Below the pieces are notes generated by a model. That model did no database searches. It worked only from the letters and a program-made list of their open reading frames with translations, and was not told where the DNA came from. From Octopus vulgaris (Eukaryota): a stretch of DNA of 64,000 nt. The translations under genes were made by a program, and so were the position numbers. This document shows, one piece after another, positions 29,481 through 42,559 of the stretch; the stretch's first letter is position 1; every line of letters begins with the position of its first letter. The DNA lies in the NCBI GenBank assembly GCA_951406725.2, contig OX597831.1, positions 77,686,001 to 77,750,000 of the forward strand, in the 5' to 3' direction.

Positions 29481-29619
29481 AATCTGTATGCGTGTGTATG
29501 TGTGTATCCGTGTGTATGCGTGTGTGAGCGTGTGTGTGCGTGCGTGTGCGAGTGAGTGTGTGTGTGTGTGTGTTTGCTCCTTTTTATTCCTCATGCATAC
29601 ACTAGTGCAATTCTTTTAT

Positions 29620-30105
29620 TCTTTTGTTTTTTTTACTTGTTTCAGTCATTTGACTACGGCCATGCTGGAGCACTACCTCCAGTTGAACAGATCGGCCCCA
29701 GGAATTATTCCTTGTAAGCCTAGTATTTATTCTATGGGTCTCTTTCCCGAATCGCTTAATTACAGGGACGTAAACTCACCAACAACGGTTATCAAGCGAT
29801 GGTAGTGGTGGAACTAATACAGACACACAAATACATACATACATACATACATACATACATACATACATGCATACATACATACATACATACATACATACAT
29901 ACATACATACACATACATACATACATACATACATGCATACATACATACATACATATATATACGATGGGCTTCTTTCAATTTCCGTCTACTAAATCCACTC
30001 GCAAGGCTTTGATTGGCCCGAGGCTATGGGAGAAGACACTTGCCCAAGGTGCCACACAGTGGAACTGAACCCGGAACCATGCGGTTATTAAGCAAGCTTC
30101 TTACT
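29620..30105 (-). mobile_element. SINE family B with internal (CATA)n
   Basis: Aligns to family B. Confidence 0.78.
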
Positions 30106-30610
30106 ACGCCGCCAAATTTGAATCTTTCTGTCTATATTTACATTTTATTCAGTCTCCATTACATGACGTCACCGCTGGGCTCCATCAGGCAAAAGAGTTA
30201 CAGATGAACATCACTACATCCAGTTATATCATTCACTAATCTCTCCTACCTCATCCCCCACCCCACAAACACACTAGCTAGTTACTCCAAATAACGTCAT
30301 CCGCATAAAACGAAGGAGAGGGTGAAGAACGAAATACAAACAAAAGGCAAAAAGAAAGGCAACAAAAAACAAAAGTGAAATTAATATAAGACAAAAAAAA
30401 AAATAACAAAAGTGAAAATAATATACAACAAAGAGCAGAAACCAATCTTAAGGTTCATTTCTATATTCATTATAAAACCCTTAAATCAATAGATTGAAAA
30501 CAAAAAAACAATGTGGGTGGGGTAACTCCCGCTCCCCTCACATCCGACTGTCTGATTGACATGTCCTTGAAAAACACACACAAACACTCACACGCACACA
30601 GATTATTTAC

Positions 30611-31213
30611 TTATTTCATCACTACCCACAAGGGGCTACACACAGAAAGGACAAACAAGGACAGACAAACGGATTAAGTCGATTATATCGACCCCAGTGT
30701 GTAACTGGTACTTATTTAATCGACCCCGAAAGGATGAAAGGCAAAGTCGACCTCGGCGGAATTTGAACTCAGAACGTAGCGGCAGACGAAATGCCTATTT
30801 CTTTACTACCCACAAGGGGCTACACACAGAAAGGGGACAAACAAGGACAGACAAACGGATTAAGTCGATTATATCGACCCCAGTGCATAACTGGTACTTA
30901 TTTAATCGACCCCGAAAGGATGAAAGCCAAGTCGACCACGGCGGAATTTGAACTCAGAACGTAGCGGCAGACGAAATGCCTATTTCTTTACTACCCACAA
31001 GGGGCTAAACACAAAGGGGACAAACAAGGATAGACAGATGGATTAAGTCGATTATATCGACCCCCAGTGCGTAACTGGTACTTATTTAATCGACCCCGAA
31101 AGGATGAAAGGCAAAGTCGAACTCGGCGAAATTTGAAATCAGAACGTAACGGCAGACGAAATACGGCCACGCATTTCGCCCGGCGTGCTAACGATTCTGC
31201 CAGCTCGCCGCCT
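30611..31213 (-). mobile_element. SINE family A trimer with 16 bp target-site duplication
   Basis: One head plus three ~180 bp units; cacacagattatttac at 30595-30610 and 31217-31232. Confidence 0.9.
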
Positions 31214-31913
31214 CAACACACAGATTATTTACACACAAACACAATGCGTTAGAAATGCACAGCTACAGTGCTGCCACCTAGGCCCCTTTGAGTTACAGAA
31301 CCTGTTGCTGCCGTTTAGGCTTCTTCATCTGATCTTCAGTTGACAAATGCGCTTATCTCTCTGTCGCTCTCATCGCTATACTCTTTACTCTTTTACTTGT
31401 TTCAGTCATTTGACTGCGGCCATGCTGGAGCACCACCTTTAGTCGAGCAAATCGACTCCGGGACTTATTCTTTGTAAGCCCAGTACTTATTCTATCGGAC
31501 TCTTTTGCCGAACCGCTAAGTGACGGGGATGTAAACACACCAGCATCGGTTGTCAAGCAATGCTAGGAGGACAAACACAGACACACAAACACATACACAC
31601 ATACACACACAAACACACTTACACACAAACACACTCGCACACACACGCTTACACGTATCTTATACGGCCACGCTGTAGCACCTCTTCAAAGAATTTTTAG
31701 TCGAAGAAATCGCTCACTGTTCTTACTTTTTGGAAGTCTGGTACTTGTTCTATCGGATTCTTGCTGACCCACTAAATTACTGGTTGTTATAAGTTGCAGG
31801 GACGTTAACAGACTAACATCGGTTGTCACCGGCTTATATATGGTGTGTGTGCGTGCGAATTTTCATGCGTGCGTATATGTTTGTGTGCATATATGTTTAT
31901 TTGAGTTGACTAC

Positions 31914-31959
<46 letters not shown>

Positions 31960-32062
31960 GTAGTCAATTCAAATAAACGACTAAAAAGTGAAAAAAAATG
32001 GAAAACAACGATCGTGTATTGCACAGGAAATGTATTAGTTTGACACTCGGTAAAAGGTGGAG

Positions 32063-32095
32063 TTTGACGTTTCGTGCATAGCTCTTCGTCGGAAG
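32063..32095 (-). ncRNA. Hammerhead-like motif (CCGACGA core)
   Basis: CCGACGA-A-GAGC uau GCAC-GAAAC-GUC; same upstream context (gtattagtttgac.ctcgg.aaa) as 55251-55288; one stem II mismatch, weak stem I. Confidence 0.5.
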
Positions 32096-32156
32096 AGAGA
32101 AAGGGAAATGTTCAAAGAGAGAGGGAAGAGAAGAAATCGCCAACGGCTCATGTGTA

Positions 32157-32291
32157 TACATTATTTACATTATTTACATTCAACGGATATTTGTTGTTAA
32201 CACAACGTTTCGGCTGATATACCCTCCAGCCTTCATCAGGTGTCTTGGGGAAAATTCGAACCTGGGTTCGCATTCCTAAGGTATTCTTCGA

Positions 32292-32322
<31 letters not shown>

Positions 32323-32530
32323 GTTGTTGTTGTTGTTGTTGTTATTGTTCAGGTCACTGCTTGGAATCGAACTCGGAATCTTGGTTTTGGAAGCCCGCGC
32401 TCTTAGCCGCTTGGCTGGAAGGTATGTCTACCGAAACGTTGTGTTCACAACAAACAAGATGAGGACAAATATCCGTCAAATGTAAATAATGTAAATAAAG
32501 TACATAATTCCTCATCTCTTAAATATACAA
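32157..32530. mobile_element. tRNA-headed, hammerhead-containing fold-back element, copy 1
   Basis: Homologous to 38057-38722; (ATT)n(GTT)n in place of (CTT)n. Confidence 0.8.
32199..32244 (-). ncRNA. Minimal type I hammerhead ribozyme motif
   Basis: gacac-CUGAUGA-A-GGCUG gaggguauau CAGCC-GAAAC-GUU-guguu. Confidence 0.82.
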
Positions 32531-32556
32531 CTGTATGGTACATGTGTAGTTATATT

Positions 32557-32609
<53 letters not shown>

Positions 32610-32611
<2 letters not shown>

Positions 32612-32925
32612 CCGCATGACTCAGCGGTTAGAACGTTGGGCACACAATCATGAGGTAGTGAGTTCGATTCCTGCACGGAGCTGTGTGTTGTGTTCTTAAG
32701 CAAGACACTTTATTTTACGCTGCTCCGGTTCACTCAGCTGTAGAAATTATTTGTGACGTCACTGGTGCCAAGCTGTATCGGCCTTTACCTTTCCCTTGGA
32801 TAACATCGATGGCGTGGAGAGGAGAGGGCCGGTATGCATGGGCGACTGCTGGTCTTTCCTAAATAACCTTGCCTGGACTTGTGCCTCGGAGAGCAGCTTT
32901 TTAAGTGCAACCCCATGGTCATTCA
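32610..32925 (+). mobile_element. SINE family D
   Basis: Aligns with 6416-6780. Confidence 0.8.
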
Positions 32926-34337
32926 CGTGCCGTTTAAGAATCTCGTTTTGCGGCCACGGGGTTTCGAGTTTAGAATCACCGCGGGGCACACACTGGTCAA
33001 GTGTTTTCTACTACAGCCCCTGGACCAACCATTAGACGGAAACTGTGGGGAAGTACGCCGTATAGTACATAGTTTTATGAGTATACGTTCGTCCCACCCT
33101 CACAACTTGGCAATCTCTGTTGGTTTGTTTACGTCCCCGTAACTTAACGGTTGGGCCAAAGAGACCGACAGTGTCAGAAAGAATTTTGAAAGATATGTAT
33201 ACATGTGCGAGTCATTGATCTTTGACGATGTTGGGATACCACCGCCGAAAATCTATTTTCTCATACGGACATGCGTAGATGTTTCAGTGTTGTTAGTGTT
33301 GTATGAATTTCATCGATCTCTGTTTGTCGAATCGCTAGATAATGGGATCGTAACCTGAAGTAGCTTAAATCTTAGAGCAGAATAAATACACACACACGCT
33401 CGTATTAGCATACACACACATACACATACGCACACACACACACATGCACACACTTTCGCGCGCGCACACATACACACACGTGTGAACTTCCACCATCTTG
33501 TCCCATCAAATGGCTTCTGTTCTTTCTTGTCTTAGAGCACGCATATTAGATCTAACAAGGTGACCCGTGCACCTAACGCTGGAAAAGTGGTTGACAGCCA
33601 ATCGTGCTGCACGTGTGCGTGTGCGCGCGTGAGGAGGAGGAGGCATGCCGTGGATGATGATGGGCAGTTATACATTAAGGTGTTTCTTGATGGAGAGCAA
33701 TTGTAGGCAACGTTTGTCAGACGCGGTCTTCTTCAGCTCGTTTGGACGGCATTCCCAAATCGAACAAAGATCGAAGGAGTGCGATTGGCATCTGGAATGC
33801 CACAGTCTTCAACAAGTCGGGCAATGTGGTCGCTGGGAACTCCAGTTGACACTTTATAGTGGAATAGTGGCGAGTAAAACAGACGATGTCGACATGGAAA
33901 TTCTAGACATCGATGAAAATCAACTAGTTGGCCAGTTCCGGAAGGCTTTCGATCCGGAACTCATGGATAATTTCCAGATATCCTTAGCCTAGCAGTGCTA
34001 CCGAGAGCCATTGCTGATTCGAGATAAACTCTGTGTACACGGAAGTGTCGTGAGCCAGGTCTTTCTGAGAGTTACTGACGTGAGCAGTTCTGTTAGATGA
34101 CAACTGTCTTGCGTAACACGAACCCGGTTATCACCTGAACCCGTTTTGAAAATCATTCCGTCTTTATTTATTTATTTTTTTATTTTTATTTTTATCTGAA
34201 AGGTTCTGATGGCTGTGGTGATAGAGATTGTGTGGCGGGCGCGGCAGAAAGGGAATAAAAACAGATACCTTCCTCTTTAGCTAAGACCTCATCAATTTTC
34301 TCAAGTTCAATTTCTAAAGTAAAATGCTGATGCAAAA

Positions 34338-34525
34338 CAGGGGTCCTTTAACTTTTTAGACCGTCGACCCCCTTCATGGAATGCTTGATCCCTTATCGAC
34401 ACCCCAGGCAGATACAAGAAAGTAGATAAATAATAATAATAATTAAGTAGATGTGTATTTATCGACCTCTTGAATAGTCCCATTGACTCCCCAGGGATCG
34501 ATATCGATCACTTTGGAGACCCCTG
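34338..34525. mobile_element. hAT (Charlie-like) MITE, 188 bp
   Basis: TIRs caggggtc/gacccctg; 8 bp flanks atgcaaaa and atgtaaag consistent with a decayed TSD. Confidence 0.75.
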
Positions 34526-34858
34526 ATGTAAAGTAAAGTGCTGGCTCCCAGTGTTTTTATTGAAAGCTGGACCACAGTGCTTTGTTGAGCACGATTTGAC
34601 GAGCTTGGTCTGACCCCAAAGGCGCTTTCTCTGAACATGCACCTCTACGTTAAAGATGGACAGCTAAGAAAGGGCATCGTTCTTAGCGATCTCAGGTTGA
34701 CTGTGGATTTCGTGGGGCTTCCACAGGCAGCCCTGGGAAATCTCTCCCTTTTCGGGGACTTTTCTTTAATTATTTTTATTATTTTGTTTTTGTTGCTTCA
34801 CATGATCACACTTCATTTTTAACTTATCCTACGCTCTATCGTCGAGTTACCGTCCTTT

Positions 34859-34930
<72 letters not shown>

Positions 34931-35038
34931 AGCGTAATTTTAAGCACTTCATGCCTGCAATTAAGAAATCATTACCAGCACATTATTTCTAATTTGCTTA
35001 TTTAAGCTTATCTATTTATTATTCTTATTATTCTTATT

Positions 35039-35069
<31 letters not shown>

Positions 35070-35534
35070 TTATTATTATTATTATTATTCTCTTTTTTAA
35101 AATACTTCTTCGTACATCACTTTTTTGTTCGTTTATTTATTTGTTTATCTATTTAAATATCTATGTTTCTCTGTGGTTGTGTGTGTGTGTGTGTCGACGA
35201 AGCCAGATATCCCCCAACAGTGAATAGAATTTTTCAAATACCTTCCAAGCCTCTCAAGAGCTCGACAGTTTTCAAAAAAAAAAAAAGGTCAGCTTTACAT
35301 TCTATTTTTCTTTCCTTTTTTTTTTTTCTTTTTCTTTTTTTTTCTTTTTTTTTTTTTTTTTTTGCTTTTTACTGTCTACCAACAACTGCTGGAGTTTTAA
35401 TATGCAGAATTTTTTTTTCATCTTCTGTGGTTGAAACTGTTCTCGTCGTTTTTATTGTTGTTGGCAATTGTAATGGTGTTTGATTTAATGATAGCATTTG
35501 TTATGTTAGAGTAGCAACAACGATGTTTGTCGAT

Positions 35535-35912
35535 TGCTGTTGTTGATGTTGCTGTTGAACGAAGCTGTCTTCGTCCCATGTTTGTAGTGGGAGAAGTCCG
35601 GGACGTGGTCCTTTGCTATTCGTAAGACCCGCAGAAGAGAAAGCAGGTCAACCCCCGACACCGAGAGCATCGACGGATGGATTATTGCGCATCAAGGCTC
35701 AGCGTTTGCGTAGGAAGTCGGGAACAAGAAACAGGAAGAAAGAGTGAGAGAAAGCTGAAGCGAAAGAGTACAACAGGGGCCGCCACCCACCCCCTGTCGG
35801 AGCTTCGTGGAGCTTTAGGTGTTTTCGCTCAATAAACACACACAACGGCTAGTTAGGGAATCGAAACCGCGATCCTCCGACCGCGAGTCCGCTGCCCTAA
35901 GCCATTGCGCGT
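35535..35912 (-). mobile_element. SINE family C, tail variant 3
   Basis: Family C head and body to ctctcactctttcttcctgtttct, then a distinct tail ending in (AAC)-like repeats. Confidence 0.75.
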
Positions 35913-36062
35913 CCTGTTGTTGATGTTGATGTTGATGGTTATATTTGCCAGTTCTTGACAGAACAAACTTATAATCACATACATTCCAATAATGACCATC
36001 TCGTCTTTAATTAGACATAGTCTATATACGTATTCATTCTTGGAATCAGGAGGGTACGATTA

Positions 36063-37041
36063 TGAAGTGCATGGCTTAGAGATTAGGGTTTTCGGCTTGC
36101 GATCGTAACGTCTCGAGTTCGATCCCCCGGCAGTGCGCTATATCCTTGAGCAAGTCTCTTTATTTTACCTTGCTCCAATCCACGGAGCTGACAAAAAATG
36201 TGTTGTACCTGTAATTACAAAGGGCTAGTCTTGTCACATTCTGTGTCACACTGAATCTCCCCCAGAACTACGTTGAAGGCACTCATATATGCAAGGTGGC
36301 GAGCTGGCAGAATCGTTAGCAAGCCGGGCGAAATGCTTACCGGTATTTCGTCTGCGGCGAGCTGGCAGAAACGTTAGCACGCTGGGCGAAATGCTTACCG
36401 GTATTTCGTCTGCCGCTACGTTCTGAGTTCAAATTCCGCCGAGGTCGACTTTGCCTTTCATCCTTTCGGGGTCGATTAAATAAGTACCAGTTACGCACTA
36501 GGGTCGATATAATCGACTTAATCCGTTTGTCTGTCCTTTGTTCTCTCTGTGTTTAGCCCCTTGTGGGTAGTAAAGAAATAGGTATTTCGTCTGCGGTTAC
36601 GTTCTGAGTTCAAAATCTGCCGAGGTCGACTTTGCCTTTCATCCTTTCGGGGTCGAAAAATTAAGTACCAGTTACGCACTTGGGTCGATCTAATCGACTT
36701 AATCCGTTTGTCCCCTCTGTGTTTAGCCCCTTGTGGGCAGTAAAGAAATAGGTATTTCGTCTGCCGTTACGTTTTGAGTTCAAATTCCGCCGAGGTCGAT
36801 TTTGCCTTTCATCCTTTCGGGGTCGATGAATTAAGTACCAGTTACGCACTGGGGTCGTTGTAATCGACTTAATCCGTTTGTCTGTCCTTGTTTGTCTCCT
36901 ATGTGTTTAGCCCCTTGTGGATAGTAAAGAAATAGGTATTCATGTATGAGGAATGCTCAGTTACTTGCAAATTAATTTCACGAGTAAGGTGTTCCGTTGA
37001 TCGGGTCAACTGGAACGCTCATCGACTTAACCGACGGAGTA
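36063..37041 (+). mobile_element. Old SINE (D-like head, C1-like tail) interrupted by a SINE A multimer
   Basis: Tail ..gaactacgttgaaggcactc breaks at about 36290 and resumes at about 36940 as gaatgctcag..ccgacggagtac. Confidence 0.7.
36295..36938 (+). mobile_element. SINE family A trimer with duplicated head
   Basis: Two ~58 bp heads then three ~175-185 bp units joined at aaagaaata/ggtatttcgtc. Confidence 0.88.
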
Positions 37042-38104
37042 CAAATTTTTTTTTTTTTTTATAAAGGTACGATTTGAGTGCGTTTTTGTTTTGGTTATTA
37101 TTTCTAGCATGTACTCATTCATCATTGATTAGACAAATAATTAAAGTTATTCCAGCCATGACCGTCCCGACTTTATTCGAAAAGGCAGCGAATTGACAGA
37201 GTCTTTAGAATGTTGGCTAGAAAGCTTCGTATATTTGTTCCGACTCTCTGCGCCTTGAGTTCAAATCCCGCCGTGGTCAAAACTTTAAGGAGCACATGTT
37301 GGTGTGTGGTAAGAAGCTTGCTTCTCGGCCACTTGGTTCCAGGTTCAGTCCCACAGCCTGGTACCTAAGCGTATATCTTCTACTATAGCCTCGGGCCTTG
37401 CGTGTGGATCTGGTACATGGAAACTGAAAGAAACCTTCGTATATATATATATATGTGTGTGTTTTTGTGTGTGCGTTTACGTGTATGTGTGTGCGTGTGT
37501 GCGTTTGCGTGCGTGCGTTTGTGTATGTGTATGTGTGTTTGTGTCTGTGTTTGTCCCCTCACCGCTTGACAACCGGTGTTGCTTTGTTTACGTCCCCGTA
37601 ACTTAGCTGATAGAATAAATGCCGGATTTAAAAAGACAATAAGTACGGGAGGAGATTCATTCGCCTAAAATTCTTCAAGGCTGTGCCCCAGCATGGCCAC
37701 AGTCAAACGAAACAACTAAAAGATAAGGCATCTTGAATTCTTTTTACACAAATGCGGTAAGTCAAAGGGGCTGCTATTTTAGGCGATCCCTAGTCGAATA
37801 TGTTTGTGATGAGAATGATAGTGATGGTCGTAGTGGTTGCGATAGGGAGGTGGCGGTGGTTGTACGGTTAATATAATTTATTATTGTTATTGCTATTGTT
37901 GTTGTTATTTAGCCTCACATCCCTCCTGATCGATTTATTATCAAAGACGTCCCAGTTGAGATTATGCAAGAAACGAGATTGTGCAACGTACCCTCTTTTT
38001 TTTTTATATTAAAGCAGAAGTGAATACTTCAAAGGAGGATTGATGAACACTTTTTGTACATTATTTACATTTGACGGATATTTGTCCTCATCTGGTTTGT
38101 TATT

Positions 38105-38150
38105 AACACAATGTTTCGGCTGATATACCCTCCAGCCTTCATCAGGTGTC
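38105..38150 (-). ncRNA. Minimal type I hammerhead motif (AUU cleavage triplet)
   Basis: Same as 38581-38626 with GUU changed to AUU. Confidence 0.7.
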
Positions 38151-38580
38151 TTGGGGAAATTTCGAACCTGGGTTCTCATTCCTAAGGTATTTTGCGATGT
38201 TATCATTCTTCTTCTTCTTCTTCTTCTTCTGCTTCTTATTATTATTATTTCTTTCTTCCTTCTTCTTCTTCTTCTTCTTCTTCTTCTTCTTCTTCTTCTT
38301 CTTCTTCTTCTTCTTCTTCTTCTTCTTCTTCTTCTTCTTCTTCTTCTTCTTCTTCTTCTTCTTCTTCTTCTTCTTCTTCTTCTTCTTCTTCTTCTTCTTC
38401 TTCTTCTTCTTCTTCTTCTTCTTCTTCTTCTTGTTCCTGACACTGCTTGGAATCGAACTCGGAATCTTGGGGTTAGTAGCCCGCGCTCTTAACCACTACG
38501 CCATATGCGCACGGGCATATGGCGTAGTGGTAAGGAATGAGAACCTTAGTAAAGAGAACGTAGGTTCCAAATTTACACAA

Positions 38581-38626
38581 GACACCTGATGAAGGCTGGA
38601 GGGTATATCAGCCGAAACGTTGTGTT
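38581..38626 (+). ncRNA. Minimal type I hammerhead ribozyme motif
   Basis: gacac-CUGAUGA-A-GGCUG..CAGCC-GAAAC-GUU-guguu; stem I gacac/guguu; palindromic ACGU stem III. Confidence 0.82.
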
Positions 38627-39069
38627 AACAACAAACAAGATGAGGACAAATATCCGCCAAATGTAAATAATGTAAATAATGTTAATAATGTACAAAATTC
38701 CTCATCTCTTAAATATAGAACTCAACACTCTTTGTAGTTTCAGCGACCATGTTAACTCATGCTGATGTGATGTTTCTTTTTTGTCAGGAGGGAAGGCAGT
38801 CTGCATGATCATTCACAGAGCCATCGAGACCCTCCTCCCTCTGGTTCCTCACCGCTTGACAACTTGTGTTGGTTTGTTTACGTCAAACGAGTGCCCTACA
38901 CCGAACGTTAAGTAGTCCCCCTCCCTATGAGACAAACACTTACAGTACAGATGAACAAGAGGCTCAGTTTCTGCATTGTTTTCGTCGTTAGGTAATTGTT
39001 TATCATTTCATGGTAGGTGGTGTCTCGCAGTTGAGTGAATGGGGTGTGTTTTTGCTGTATTTAACATCC

Positions 39070-39450
39070 GTGGCACTCCGTCGGTTACGATGACGTGGGT
39101 TCCATTTCATCCGATCAATGGAACAGCCTGCTCGTGATATTAACGTGCAAGTGGCTGAGCACTCCACAGACACGTGTACCCTTAACGTAGTTCTCGGGAG
39201 AGATTCAGCGTGACACAGAGAGTGACAAGGCTGACCCTTTGAAATACAGGTACAACAGAAACAGGAAGAAAGAGTGAGAGAAAGTTGTGGTGAAAGAGTA
39301 CAGCAGGGATCACCACCATTCCCTGCTGGAGCCTCGTGGAGCTTTAGGTGTTTTCGCTCAATAAACACTCAAAACGCCCAGTCAGGGAATCGAAACCGCG
39401 ATCCTACGACCGTGAGTCCGTTGCCCTAACCACTGGGCCATTGCACCTCC
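39070..39450 (-). mobile_element. SINE family C, tail variant 1
   Basis: Reverse complement of 24774-25157. Confidence 0.88.
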
Positions 39451-39537
39451 GCCAGCCTCTCTTCACTTATCTGAGTCGATAATTACAATGTCGTTGCTGG
39501 TCTTTGAGTTCATGGATTATTTTCTACTTCTTCGTAC

Positions 39538-39941
39538 CAGTGTTTCTCAGCCAAAGTCAATGTGATCCCTAAGGGTCTACATAAGGTTTTGGGGGAACCA
39601 TACAAGCAAAATAATACATTGGAAATACACAGTTGTACTTTAAGGGCTCATGAAAGGATTTTTGTTTAGTTATATTTATTGCAAGAAACAGGCTGAGTTC
39701 CCCCTCTCTAATGTTTTGAAGAATTCAAAGTGATTCGCTCTGCGGAGATATGTTCTTTTGCAGATTTCTGCTGCAAGCTTAATTAAACAAGGGAACGTGT
39801 GACAAACAAAATAGGGATTTTGAAAGAAGTATCTTTAAAACTAAGCTTTAAACATCGAAAGGCTATGGGGGCCCACTAGAGCAAAATAGTAACCAAAGGG
39901 GTCCAGAGGTAAAAAGAAGAAAAAATAGTCGAAAGCCATTG
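39538..39941. mobile_element. Possible old hAT-Charlie-like MITE
   Basis: Left end cagtgtttctcagcc, degenerate right end agtcgaaagccattg, subterminal ggggtcc motifs. Confidence 0.4.
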
Positions 39942-40850
39942 CTTAAAACAATGATTGGACTAGGATTTAGAATGTGGTTTTCGAAGGTATCCTTACAGCC
40001 ATCGCAAACAATGGTGTGCAACAGAGATGATTCCCGCCAAGAACTATCTCTTCCTTTCTTACTGACCAAGAATTTGCATCTTGCTTTTTTAAATTCTTTT
40101 GTTTTTCGTTTTTCTCTAATCTTTGGTCTTTTTCTGCGACTGCCAAGAGTTAGAATTTTCTGCCTCACACTCCATTTCCTGAATCACTGCTCTACTACCA
40201 TTTCTAAGTTCCAAGCTATCCACTTAGGACATTGTAGAATTAATTTCAAACGCAGGATATCCAACCTCTAATCAGAGCAAGCACTGTGCACTGATATCCT
40301 CTTCTTCACATGACAATATTTTAAGCCCCCACTTCTTTTTATATCCCCACTCTGTTTATTTTTTCCAAGATACTGTCACTCCAAAAATCAGAACAATTTT
40401 TGGCAAGATCAGATCATACCGTAAGGTTGGGGGCTTTGCTTCTTTATTCCTTATGGGAGCTACTTCTTTAGAATTCCTTGCACATCCACTTGTTCGAGTC
40501 AGACAAACGTGTGGAGTTTAGCTAGCATTGGTTTATGCTTTTGCATTGCCCTTTCGCACCCTCCCCGAACAACACAAGTCAGTAATGGTTCTCACTGCGT
40601 TGGTACCTCTGTTATGTTGTTTTAGTAACTCAACAGCTATTCACAAGACTTGTCAATGTCATTGCAAAGTCATCTCTCAAAGTACGAAACAGCGCCTTTA
40701 CTAAGTATCTTAGTATTTTCTCAGTGTCTCGAGTCTGAATTTAGTCTGTAGGGCACAAAGCCTTCAGACAAGTTATGACTTGTAACTTGAAGACCCTATG
40801 CACCTAAAGCGGAAACTCGGAGTAGCAAGAAACTGACATGACCAAAATAA

Positions 40851-40963
<113 letters not shown>

Positions 40964-41117
40964 GCACAAAGTAAGATAGGACTTATGGGTTATCTTATCT
41001 ATTGATTTATATGATATTTTGTATGCATTTGATGTTCTCATTTGTAAAATGAATATATAATCCAACATTATAATATCCGATGAACAAACCAAATTTGTTT
41101 CTCCATTTTCTTATTTG

Positions 41118-41159
<42 letters not shown>

Positions 41160-41329
41160 TTTCCATGTCCGGTTAGACGCACATCCAATACTGCATTAGA
41201 GCTCTACGTAGTTTATCATTATCCAATCATCTACCAGTTCAGTGGCTATACTACAACAGTACTTAGTAGTGTTACAAATTATGAAACACAGAGCATGCGT
41301 AGTGGAATATGGAATATATAGAACGTAGA

Positions 41330-41499
41330 CCTTGTAAATCCCAATGCTCCAATAATTACAGGTAATCTGGATAAAATAGCTGCAGATTTCTCAAAAGTTC
41401 AGCGTAGGTATTTTCTTTTCCGCTGATCTTCAAGCAGCTGATTTCGTGAACGGTACACAATTTCTCTTCTCTATCCCTAATTACTATGTCAGGTCTATT
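41330..41499 (-). mobile_element. Fragment of a REL-endonuclease non-LTR retrotransposon (R4/NeSL-like)
   Basis: HNRPDIVIRDREEKLCTVHEISC..KENTYAELLRNLQLFYPDY then frameshifted IIGALG: RPD..D..E..K.Y..GALG signature. Confidence 0.75.
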
Positions 41500-41944
41500 A
41501 TGTATGTATGTATGTATGTATGTATGTATGTATGTATGTATGTATGTATGTATGTATGTATGTATGTATGCATGTACGTATATTCGCCCACGCACTCATA
41601 TACATATGGGATACGGCTTAACCGATTTAACCCTGTCTAAGGCGTTTTGCTTGGAACCCTTTTGTCGTTAACTGCTCTTACCTTCTCCTCCCTCGCCTTT
41701 ACCCGCAATGTATTCTTGACTACAACCTGGCCCCTAAGAGGCGTAAAGCTTGAACAGTAAATTCCCACCGATTGTTGAAGGGGTATGGGGTTACGGTACC
41801 CTTCGCTCTACCTGGTGAACATGGCATGTTTATGCCTTATATTTATTTCGTATATGGATATTGAGAGGAGAATATTTTTCAGAGGGTATGGTGATGGTCT
41901 TGGTGGTGGTGGTGGTGGCGGGAAATTCTGTTTGTGGATTGACA

Positions 41945-41985
<41 letters not shown>

Positions 41986-42092
41986 AGAAGAAGCAAGTAT
42001 GATAATTTGAAACCGTAAACATACAAAGACTGAGAAAAGCACATGCACACAAACACACACACAAGCACACACATTATGTATGAATAAATGTT

Positions 42093-42135
<43 letters not shown>

Positions 42136-42559
42136 ATATGTATATATGTATATATGTATATATGTATATATGTGTGTGTGTATGTGTAACTGTGTGAGAG
42201 ACTGGGAGAGATTTTATATATCTATATGTATGTATCTATATCTATCTATCTATCTATATATAAATTTAAAGGACTGACCACAAAAAGTGGACGGTCAACA
42301 TGCTAGATATAGACGTCAAAATCGCTATTTTCCTCGAAGAATGTGTTCTCAAATAAAAACTCAGCACAAACCAAAGTGTTAAAAATAAGCAAGACAAATG
42401 AAAATATACGAAATGATCACGATTACCTATGTACCGATCAGTTTCGATTGTTAATATCCACGCATATGGATACATGGAAATCTGCAAGCTCGTCAGCATA
42501 GTCTGTCGTATGGAAATACAATTTGCAGGACTAGATACAAACACGTTTGAGCGGAATCT

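Larger units (their letters stand above)
38057..38722. mobile_element. tRNA-headed, hammerhead-containing fold-back element, copy 2
   Basis: Head-to-head arms about a palindromic centre ccactacgccatatgc..gcatatggcgtagtgg; A box TGGCGTAGTGG and B box GTTCGATTCC on the - strand; internal (CTT)n 38205-38431. Confidence 0.85.

Noticed and set aside
33645-33992. 115 aa ORF MPWMMMGSY..
   Set aside because: No recognisable domain; length compatible with chance in a putative UTR
30611-36938. CRISPR-like arrays (SINE A multimers; also the 47655 minisatellite)
   Set aside because: Eukaryotic context, no unique spacers, no cas genes
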